Translations under genes and position numbers: made by a program
Shown: positions 24,407-31,356 of the stretch, one piece after another
Position numbering within the stretch: the stretch's first letter is position 1
Layout: every line of letters starts with the position of its first letter
NCBI RefSeq assembly: GCF_000008665.1
Contig: NC_000917.1
Coordinates: 2,010,001 to 2,042,000, forward strand
DNA: 32,000 bases
Reading direction: 5' to 3'
Origin: Archaeoglobus fulgidus DSM 4304
GTDB taxonomy: Archaea; Halobacteriota; Archaeoglobi; Archaeoglobales; Archaeoglobaceae
Notes under the pieces: model-generated
Databases searched by the model: none
The model's input: the letters and a program-made list of their open reading frames with translations, nothing else
What the model was told of the DNA's origin: nothing

Positions 24407-24526
24407 GATTAAAATTTAATATCTCAGGTAATTTTTTAACTTCTGCAGTTAATTGTTAACTTGAAAGGTAAATTTTTGACTTTAATGGTTAAACAAAAAA
24501 GAAAAAGGTTAAAACTTAGTCAACCC
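24407..24526 (+). repeat. Six tandem units phased at exactly 20 bp (consensus about GGTWAAWTTTTNAACTT); a candidate operator array
   Basis: Units start at 24407 (GATTAAAATTTAAT), 24427 (GGTAATTTTTTAACTT), 24447 (AGTTAATTGTTAACTT), 24467 (GGTAAATTTTTGACTT), 24487 (GGTTAAACAAAAAAGA) and 24507 (GGTTAAAACTTAGTCA). Units 2 and 4 share 14 of 16 positions. Confidence 0.7.
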
Positions 24527-24537
24527 AATTTGACAGC

Positions 24538-25305
24538 ATGGATACCTTTGAAGCTCTCGCATGTTCGGGGCAAAGGAAAGAGATTTTAAATATTCTTTCA
24601 ATCTCTCCGAAATCTATCAAGGAAATTAGCGAGCTAACGGGGATATCACCTCCCTTAGTTTCAAGACATTTGAAAAAGCTCGGTGAGCTGGGACTGGTTG
24701 AGAAAGACAACACCCGATACATTCTGACGGATAAGGGTTACTTCGTGCACCTCGCCCTTGAGAAGTTCAGAAGAATAGTGAGGGTGCTGGATAAAGATCC
24801 TGAGTTCTGGGAGATTCACGATTTCAGCGGCATTCCCGACGAATTCAAGCTGAGGATTGACGAGATTGGGGATTATGAGATACTGAGGAGTGACAAGGAT
24901 GAGGTGCTCAAGCACTACAGGGTGTTCTCCTCCATATACACTGAATCCGAAATAGTCAGGTTGGCTTCGGCCGTTTTCTTCCCCTCCCACCCGAAGATGT
25001 TCGCCGAGATAGCGGCAAAAGCCGATGTTGAGGTGATAATACCTTTGAAAGCTTTGAACACGCTTAAAAGCAAGTACAAGGAAGAATTGAAGCAGTATCT
25101 GGCTAATGGAGGTAAAATTTACAGAAACGATGACGTCAGGCTGACGGTTATTGTTACAGAAAGGGCATTATGCATGGGCTTCTTTCTTCGAGACGGAAAG
25201 TACGACACGGAAAGCGGACTGCTGAGCTTCGACGATACTGCGATTAGGTGGGGGTTTGACCTGTACAATTACTTCAAAAAGAGCGCCTTACCGGTTGAAT
25301 ACTGA
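24538..25305 (+). CDS. ArsR-type winged-helix transcriptional regulator with a FilR1/DUF1724-like C-terminal domain (COG4742-like)
   Basis: 255-aa ORF. The N-terminal wHTH reads RKEILNILSISPKSIKEISELTGISPPLVSRHLKKLGELGLVE. The long C-terminal domain has the EFWEIHD...IP pattern that I associate with DUF1724. Confidence 0.8.
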   Translation: MDTFEALACSGQRKEILNILSISPKSIKEISELTGISPPLVSRHLKKLGELGLVEKDNTRYILTDKGYFVHLALEKFRRIVRVLDKDPEFWEIHDFSGIPDEFKLRIDEIGDYEILRSDKDEVLKHYRVFSSIYTESEIVRLASAVFFPSHPKMFAEIAAKADVEVIIPLKALNTLKSKYKEELKQYLANGGKIYRNDDVRLTVIVTERALCMGFFLRDGKYDTESGLLSFDDTAIRWGFDLYNYFKKSALPVEY

Positions 25306-25392
25306 GTGCTGTCAATTATCATAGAGACATAATCGTTTTAATGCAGAGATGTCGTAGTATATGTAGAAAGCAGTTGCTGGAAGTGAAAGGGT

Positions 25393-26115
25393 ATGGTAGC
25401 AATAGACTACGTGGTAATCGGTGCAGGTTATGCGGGATTGATGTGCGCCGAAGCCCTTATGGATAAGGGATTCAAGACTCTCGTATTTGACATGAGAGAA
25501 AGCGGAGGAGAAATCGTCGTATTCTCCAAGCTGGAGGAGTTCAGGTCGAAGTATGAAAAGTACATTGAAAAGATCGAGGAAATAAGAAAAGACATCCCGG
25601 TGGATATAGGGACTGTTATCAAATCTAAGCCTGTTATTATCAACTCAGGAAACGGTTTGAAGAGATACGAAGCGAGAAGAGTTATATTAGCCACAGGAGC
25701 CACTGACACCGCTCCCGTCAAGCTGAACGTTTTGAGCAAGAAGATTGAAGGTATTTACACGCTTGAAAACGCCTTAAGAGAGATTTCCGAGAACAACAAA
25801 ATAGGCGAAAAAGTGCTGATTGCAGCCAAGGATGACGTGATAGTTAAGCTCGCCGAATCTCAGCTAAGCGATCTTGGCTATGACGTGGAAATCAGCGAGC
25901 TCACGAACGATATTCAGGTAATAGGGAAGGAGAGGGTCGAGGGTGTGGAAATTTCTGGCGTGAGATACAGCTGCGACACTCTTGTCGTTTACGGGGGAAG
26001 GAACCCCTTCAACCCCCTCAAGCTGAGGGGCACTCCGGTTGGCAACGTTGTAACATGCACATATGACTATTCCAAAGTTGAGGAGAATGTAAAGAACTTT
26101 CTTGCAAAAATTTAG
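25393..26115 (+). CDS. Short FAD-dependent oxidoreductase-like protein (pyridine nucleotide-disulfide oxidoreductase-related)
   Basis: 240-aa ORF with the N-terminal dinucleotide-binding motif VVIGAGYAG and the ATGATD motif. The position of the second Rossmann motif reads KVLIAAKDD, with no glycines. Confidence 0.75.
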   Translation: MVAIDYVVIGAGYAGLMCAEALMDKGFKTLVFDMRESGGEIVVFSKLEEFRSKYEKYIEKIEEIRKDIPVDIGTVIKSKPVIINSGNGLKRYEARRVILATGATDTAPVKLNVLSKKIEGIYTLENALREISENNKIGEKVLIAAKDDVIVKLAESQLSDLGYDVEISELTNDIQVIGKERVEGVEISGVRYSCDTLVVYGGRNPFNPLKLRGTPVGNVVTCTYDYSKVEENVKNFLAKI

Positions 26116-26202
26116 AACTTTTTTACACCATAAGTTCAAGGATAACGAATAAAATGGAAAAACTTAATACATGTGCCACGGAGAGTGAAGCAGGTGATTA
26201 AT

Positions 26203-28179
26203 ATGGATGTAAGGGAGAGAATAAAAACCGTTGCAGTTCTCGGTGCCGGGCTGATGGGACACGGAATTGCTGAAGTCTGCGCGATGGCGGGCTACAACGT
26301 GACAATGAGGGACATCAAGCAGGAGTTTGTTGACAGAGGAATGAACATGATAAAGGAGAGCCTTGCGAAGCTCGAGCAGAAGGGCAAAATAAAGAGCGCC
26401 GAAGAAGTCCTTTCCAGAATAAAGCCAACAGTAGATCTGGAGGAGGCTGTTAAGGATGCCGACTTGGTTATAGAGGCAGTTCCAGAAGTGGTTGAAATCA
26501 AGAAGCAGGTCTGGGAGGAGGTTGACAAGCTGGCAAAGCCGGACTGCATCTTCACCTCCAACACCTCAACAATGAGAATAACCATGCTCGCAGACTTCAC
26601 CTCAAGGCCGGAGAAGTTTGCAGGCCTGCACTTCTTCAACCCGCCAGTCTTGATGAGGCTGGTTGAGGTTATAAGGGGAGAGAAGACCAGCGACGAGGTA
26701 ATGGATTTGCTTGTTGAGTTCGTGAAGAGCATTGGTAAGACGCCTGTGAGAGTGGAGAAGGACGTGCCAGGGTTCATAGTCAACAGAGTGCAGGCTCCCG
26801 CGAGCGTTCTGCTGATGGCCATCCTCGAGAAGGGCATAGCGACACCTGAGGAAGTTGACGCCACCGTAAGAAGGCTCGGACTTCCGATGGGGCCCTTCGA
26901 GCTTGTTGACTACACGGGAGTTGACATCCTCTACAACGCCCTGAAGTACTACGCCCAGACAATAAGCCCCGACTACGAGCCGCCAAAGTTCCTGGAGGAG
27001 ATGGTGAAAGCGAACAAGCTCGGAAGAAAGACCGGACAGGGATTCTACGACTGGAGCAAGGGCAGACCGCAAATCGACTCGAGCAAGGCAACAGACAAAA
27101 TCAACCCGATGGACTTCACCTTTGTCGAAATCAATGAAGCCGTAAAGCTCGTCGAAATGGGTGTTGCCACACCCCAGGACATAGACACGGCGATAAAGCT
27201 CGGCCTCAACAGACCCTTCGGCCCCTTTGAGCTGGCGAAGCAGTTTGGAGCGGAGCAGATTGCGAAGAGGCTCGAGGAGCTTGCAAAGCAGTTCGGAAAG
27301 AAGATTTTCGAGCCAGCAAAGACTCTGAAGGAGGGGAAACTTGAGGAACTGTTGAAGGCGGGAAAGGCTGAGGCTGAGGAGAAAAAAGAGGACGAGTTCA
27401 AGACCATCAAGATTGAAAAGCTCGATGGAGGGATAACGAAGCTCGTGCTGAACAGACCTGACAGGCTAAACACGATCTCCCCAGAAGTTCTGGATGAGAT
27501 CGATAGGGCGATTACGCAGCTATGGAACGATAAAGACACGAGGGTCATCGTCATCACAGGTGCTGGAGACAGAGCCTTCTCCGCAGGAGCAGACCTTGGA
27601 GGGAGCATCATAACGCACCCCTTCGACTTCCTTGAGCACAACAGGAAGGGAGAGAGAGTTTTCACAAGGCTAAGGGAGATTCCGAAACCAGTCATTGCAG
27701 CAATAAACGGCTACGCCCTTGGTGGTGGTTTGGAGATTGCGATGAACTGCGACATTAGGCTGGCTAAGAAGTCTGCTGTTCTCGGCCTTCCAGAGGTTGG
27801 GCTGGGCATACTGCCCGGCTGGAGCGGAACTCAGAGATTGGTGAAGCTCGTTGGCATAAGCAGGGCAATGCAGCTTGCCTTAACCGGAGAGAGAATCACC
27901 GCAGAGGAGGCAGAGAGATGGGGGCTGGTTAACAAAGTCTTTGATGACGACAAGTTCGAGGAGGAGGTAATGAACTACGCCAAGAACATCGCAGAGCGCT
28001 GCGCCCCGATTTCGATGGCCCTCATCAAGAGGCTCATCAACAAGGGCGGAGAGGTGCCGATGGACATCGGCCTTGAGTGGGAGTGCACTGCAGCAGGTCT
28101 GCTTTTCGCAACAGAGGACATGAGAGAGGGAATCTCAGCCTTCCTGAGGAAGGACAAGCCCCAGTTCAAGGGGCGCTAA
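26203..28179 (+). CDS. Bifunctional 3-hydroxyacyl-CoA dehydrogenase (N-terminal) / enoyl-CoA hydratase (C-terminal) fusion
   Basis: The ATG at 26203 is preceded by AGGTGA (26192-26197). VLGAGLMGHGIA marks the NAD-binding fold and the HFFNP motif is present. An acidic linker (KAEAEEKKEDE) is followed by a crotonase fold (ITGAGDRAFSAGADL, AAINGYALGGGLE). Confidence 0.93.
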   Translation: MDVRERIKTVAVLGAGLMGHGIAEVCAMAGYNVTMRDIKQEFVDRGMNMIKESLAKLEQKGKIKSAEEVLSRIKPTVDLEEAVKDADLVIEAVPEVVEIKKQVWEEVDKLAKPDCIFTSNTSTMRITMLADFTSRPEKFAGLHFFNPPVLMRLVEVIRGEKTSDEVMDLLVEFVKSIGKTPVRVEKDVPGFIVNRVQAPASVLLMAILEKGIATPEEVDATVRRLGLPMGPFELVDYTGVDILYNALKYYAQTISPDYEPPKFLEEMVKANKLGRKTGQGFYDWSKGRPQIDSSKATDKINPMDFTFVEINEAVKLVEMGVATPQDIDTAIKLGLNRPFGPFELAKQFGAEQIAKRLEELAKQFGKKIFEPAKTLKEGKLEELLKAGKAEAEEKKEDEFKTIKIEKLDGGITKLVLNRPDRLNTISPEVLDEIDRAITQLWNDKDTRVIVITGAGDRAFSAGADLGGSIITHPFDFLEHNRKGERVFTRLREIPKPVIAAINGYALGGGLEIAMNCDIRLAKKSAVLGLPEVGLGILPGWSGTQRLVKLVGISRAMQLALTGERITAEEAERWGLVNKVFDDDKFEEEVMNYAKNIAERCAPISMALIKRLINKGGEVPMDIGLEWECTAAGLLFATEDMREGISAFLRKDKPQFKGR

Positions 28180-28382
28180 CCTTTTATTTTTAAATTTTCG
28201 CTAAGCTCAAGCATCCTTTCAGCAAGCTTGTCCGAAATTCTGAAGGGGTCCCTGTATGTATTAAGCTCTGATATCACACTGTCAAACTGCTTTAGCACAT
28301 CCAGATTTGTAGTCAAAAGTTTCTCCCATGCTTTCCAGCTCCCACCTGCTAAGCTCGAATTTAGTGTACATGTATGAGGCAA
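28176..28382 (-). CDS. Small helical ORF (68 aa), possibly the C-terminal part of a frameshifted gene together with 28282..28470
   Basis: The ORF is open and its C-terminal 50 aa look amphipathic and helical (NLDVLKQFDSVISELNTYRDPF...). No clear start signal of its own. Confidence 0.3.
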   Translation of the reverse strand: MPHTCTLNSSLAGGSWKAWEKLLTTNLDVLKQFDSVISELNTYRDPFRISDKLAERMLELSENLKIKG

Positions 28383-28470
28383 CGCTTTTCATTTCCATAT
28401 AATGCCACCAGTAGGAGAGAGCAAAGGTTAAGGATACGGCTACCAGGAGGGCTAGTAAGCACTTGCGCAT
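28282..28470 (-). CDS. Small membrane-anchored ORF (62 aa) with an N-terminal signal/TM segment
   Basis: MRKCLLALLVAVSLTFALSYWW forms an N-terminal hydrophobic anchor. An AT box TTTTTAAATA lies upstream on the minus strand (about 28485-28494). The ORF overlaps 28176..28382 in another frame. Confidence 0.4.
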   Translation of the reverse strand: MRKCLLALLVAVSLTFALSYWWHYMEMKSVASYMYTKFELSRWELESMGETFDYKSGCAKAV

Positions 28471-28524
28471 ATAACCTTGTGGAGTATTTAAAAAGTTTAA
28501 AAAACATCCTTGATCGGAAAAATT

Positions 28525-29742
28525 TTAAGTGTAGGCTGAGAACCCTTTTCCGAGCAACTCTCTTCCCACTATGAGCTTCTGAATCTCCGTTGTGCCGTCT
28601 GGGATCGTCATCACCCTCGCATCTCTGAAGTAGCGCTCCAGCGGATACTCATCGCTCAACCCAAGCCCGCCGTGAATCTGAATGGCGTTGTAGGTAACCT
28701 CCACACAACCCTCGCACGCGTAGCCCTTTGCCAGAGAGGACATGTATCTCGCCTTTGGGTCTCCTTTCTGAATCATGTAGAGAGCCTTATAGCCCAGCAA
28801 CCTTGATGATTCGGTGATTGCAGCCATCTTGTAGAGCATGTCCTGAATAAGCTGGAACTTTCCTATTGGCTTTCCAAAGGCCTTTCTCTGTCTTGCATAG
28901 GCAATTGATGCGTCGAGCGCGGCTTGAGAAATACCGGTTGCCATCAAAGCCATTCCGGAGCGCATAAGGCAGAACACCGCGCTCAGCGGAGACATGTAGG
29001 CGTAGAGCTTCGAGATTGATGCCGCTATGGGCAATGCCTCAACCATGCCTCCCGAACTGAGAGCTTTCTGAATCATTACGCTCAAAGCGTTGTCTTTTGG
29101 AACCCTGCAGTTTCTCAGATAAATCTCCCCTGTCGGCGCTGCTCTCCATCCGAGCTTGTGGAGTTCGCTAGTCTCGAAGGGGGAGTTCACCTGGTCAACG
29201 AGGAACATGTCCTGCATTCTCATCTCCCTGTTTGTTGCAACAACTAAAGCAACATCAGCAACTGTTGCGTTGCTTATCCAGGTTTTTGTTCCGTTCAGAA
29301 CCCACTCATCACCGTCAAGCTCTGCTGTAGTTTTCAGCTTGGTCGTGTCGCTACCCGCTTCAGGCTCCGTCGCTGCAAGACAACCTATTAGCTGGTTTTT
29401 CTCCAGCTTTGGCATCATGGCATCCTTTGTCTGGTCTGAGGCGAGGTTCACGAAAACAACGGGGAATGACATGCCGAGAACAACATTCAGGCTCGCCCAG
29501 ACCCTGCTTATCTCCTCGCTTGCGATTCCGTAGTAGAATGGGTCTTCGAAGTAAACGGAGAGGCTTTCAGGATCGTAGCCGATGCCGAGCTTCCTGAACT
29601 TAGCGAAGAACTCAAGAACCTCTCCCTTCGACAAAGGACCTTTCCTGTCCCTCTCGTCCGCGATCGGCTCAACTTCCTTCGCCAGAAATTCCCTCAAGCT
29701 GTCTCTAAAGAGCCTGTGCTCCTGACTCAACTCCATCTCCAT
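28525..29742 (-). CDS. Acyl-CoA dehydrogenase
   Basis: I take the start at the ATG at 29742 (MEMELSQEHRLFRDSLREF...), with GGTGA (29747-29751, minus strand) 4 nt upstream. The length and motifs are typical of ACADs (TEPEAGSD, the catalytic-base region YxxEG, QIHGG). Confidence 0.95.
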   Translation of the reverse strand: MEMELSQEHRLFRDSLREFLAKEVEPIADERDRKGPLSKGEVLEFFAKFRKLGIGYDPESLSVYFEDPFYYGIASEEISRVWASLNVVLGMSFPVVFVNLASDQTKDAMMPKLEKNQLIGCLAATEPEAGSDTTKLKTTAELDGDEWVLNGTKTWISNATVADVALVVATNREMRMQDMFLVDQVNSPFETSELHKLGWRAAPTGEIYLRNCRVPKDNALSVMIQKALSSGGMVEALPIAASISKLYAYMSPLSAVFCLMRSGMALMATGISQAALDASIAYARQRKAFGKPIGKFQLIQDMLYKMAAITESSRLLGYKALYMIQKGDPKARYMSSLAKGYACEGCVEVTYNAIQIHGGLGLSDEYPLERYFRDARVMTIPDGTTEIQKLIVGRELLGKGFSAYT

Positions 29743-29823
29743 TTTATCACCGGAACACACAATACAAAAGATTTTATTAATTTTACGCTATTTTTTGTGA
29801 AAGATTGTTATGGTGATAATGTT

Positions 29824-30711
29824 TCAAACGAGTAGCAGTAGAACTACAAAAAATATATCGAGAATTAGCGTTACAATGGAATTTAGTAGAACAATTTTTA
29901 CACCAAACCCGCCAAAAAGGGAGAGGTGCATCGGGAGCGAGTGCTTGACCGACCTCGTTGAGAAGCTAATGACGTTTCCGAGAATCAGCCCGATAACCGC
30001 CCACTTCCACTCCAAGCCCGCATCAATGAAGCTCGCTGCTGTGACAACTGCGGAGCGTATGTTGAAGAACTCAACGATGGCAATTGTGACAGCCTCCGCC
30101 CTAAAGGGCAGAAACTTCAGGGATTCGGCCATAAGGTCGAACACACCAAGCTGGGAGAGCAAGGAGACTATGAAGTATGTTGCAGCCATAACTGCGCCTA
30201 TTCTAACCACGTTCTGGGAAACAGAGAGGGGACTTAGCTCTGGAGCGCTCGTATCGCTGTTTTTCCGGCTTCTCGACAAAAGCAATCCTATGAGCGATTT
30301 AATCGCAGCAACCGCAAATCTCACTGCGGTGTAAACCACTCCGGCAAATCCCAGAACTGGGATAACGAAGGGGATGAAGTAAGCGTACAGGTGGCTGAAA
30401 ACGCTTGGAAAGGAGTTTAGAAAGGATATGGCAATGACCTCTCTATCATCAACCTTTTTCTCCCTCCAAGCCTGGGAGAGCATTGAGTAGCTTGCTGTCG
30501 GGCTGACGAAGCAGGTGGCGAAGCTTATCACCGCGAACTCGCTCACGCCGAATTTTCTTAAAGCTGGCTGGAGGAAAAGGGCGAATCTCTCAAGGTATCC
30601 CTTCTTTATAGAGTAGCTCACCGCGTAAATGGCTATTACGACGACAGGAAGGCTTTTGATTAGGAATGCTGCTGTGGAGTAAGCTGCCTTGCCGACGGCG
30701 GATTCAATCAT
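29824..30711 (-). CDS. Polytopic membrane protein, nucleoside-recognition (Gate) domain-like
   Basis: 295-aa hydrophobic ORF. Its ATG overlaps the UDG stop (ATGA at 30708-30711). The family assignment is tentative, based on resemblance to Gate/FeoB-C-like proteins. Confidence 0.7.
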   Translation of the reverse strand: MIESAVGKAAYSTAAFLIKSLPVVVIAIYAVSYSIKKGYLERFALFLQPALRKFGVSEFAVISFATCFVSPTASYSMLSQAWREKKVDDREVIAISFLNSFPSVFSHLYAYFIPFVIPVLGFAGVVYTAVRFAVAAIKSLIGLLLSRSRKNSDTSAPELSPLSVSQNVVRIGAVMAATYFIVSLLSQLGVFDLMAESLKFLPFRAEAVTIAIVEFFNIRSAVVTAASFIDAGLEWKWAVIGLILGNVISFSTRSVKHSLPMHLSLFGGFGVKIVLLNSIVTLILDIFFVVLLLLV

Positions 30712-31307
30712 AGGTAATCAAAGAGCGTGGGCTGCTTTTTTCCGCACAGCTCGCCGATCTTCTTGAAGTCGCTCTCGTACTCCTCCCTTAGCTGAGGTCG
30801 GTAGAGAACGGCTGCGGGATGGTAAATTGCGATAACCTTCACCTTTTTGCCCCACCTCTCCACCTCGTAAACCTTGCCCTTTACTCTGGAAATCGTCGTG
30901 AATTCGAGGTCGAAAAGGTTGAAGATGAACTGAGCCGCAAACCGCCCGAGACAGACGATTACGTTCGGTCTGATTGCTTCAAGCTGCCTCACAAGGTAAT
31001 CTCCGCACTTTTCAACCTCCTCCGGAGTTGGGTCGCGGTTGTTGGGGGGTCGGCACTTGAGCACGTTGGTTATGTAAACGTCCTCCCTCCTCAAGCCGAT
31101 TGAAGCCAGCATCTCCGTCAGAAGCTTTCCGGCAGCACCGACAAACGGCTCCCCCTTTAAGTCCTCATCTCTGCCGGGAGCTTCTCCCACAAAAACGATT
31201 TCGGCCTTCTCATTTCCCACTCCAGGAACGTAGTTCGTTTTCGTTTTGTGGAGGTCGCATTTCCTGCAGCTCATGATTTCCCGGACTATGTCGTCCAGAG
31301 ACTCCAT
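30708..31307 (-). CDS. udg: Family 4 uracil-DNA glycosylase (4Fe-4S, thermostable type)
   Basis: 199-aa ORF with CRKCDL...GEAPGRDED...FVGAAGKLL...NVLKCRPPNNRDP...C and a HPAA motif near the C-terminus. Confidence 0.93.
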   Translation of the reverse strand: MESLDDIVREIMSCRKCDLHKTKTNYVPGVGNEKAEIVFVGEAPGRDEDLKGEPFVGAAGKLLTEMLASIGLRREDVYITNVLKCRPPNNRDPTPEEVEKCGDYLVRQLEAIRPNVIVCLGRFAAQFIFNLFDLEFTTISRVKGKVYEVERWGKKVKVIAIYHPAAVLYRPQLREEYESDFKKIGELCGKKQPTLFDYL

Positions 31308-31325
31308 CGCTCTAATGTTTAAGGC

Positions 31326-31336
31326 AAATTAAAATA
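31326..31336. promoter_or_regulatory. Single central AT box AAATTAAAATA between the divergent UDG and radical-SAM genes
   Basis: It lies 18 nt from the UDG ATG (31307) and 20 nt from the GTG at 31357. The intergenic region is 49 bp. Confidence 0.4.
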
Positions 31337-31356
31337 GTTTGCTGATAAGAAGTTTT

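Noticed and set aside
24361-24537. A possible CRISPR or minisatellite in the AT-rich repeat region.
   Set aside because: The units are 20 bp, degenerate and contiguous, with no unique spacers. No cas genes or leader-like context are present. An operator array is the better reading.
24530-25315. An 8-bp inverted repeat, TTGACAGC (24530-24537, just before the regulator ATG) and GCTGTCAA (25308-25315, 2 nt after its stop), brackets the regulator gene.
   Set aside because: About one occurrence of any 8-mer is expected per window on two strands. A third copy lies inside the ADC-family CDS (22888-22895), and TTGACAG 7-mers occur at roughly the chance frequency. The positions are suggestive (a possible second operator before the flavoprotein gene) but not statistically supportable from this window alone.
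29810-30334. The 174-aa plus-strand ORF opposite the membrane protein gene.
   Set aside because: It is antisense to a strongly hydrophobic, clearly coding minus-strand ORF. Its product is Ser/Thr/Ala-rich with no motifs or start signals.
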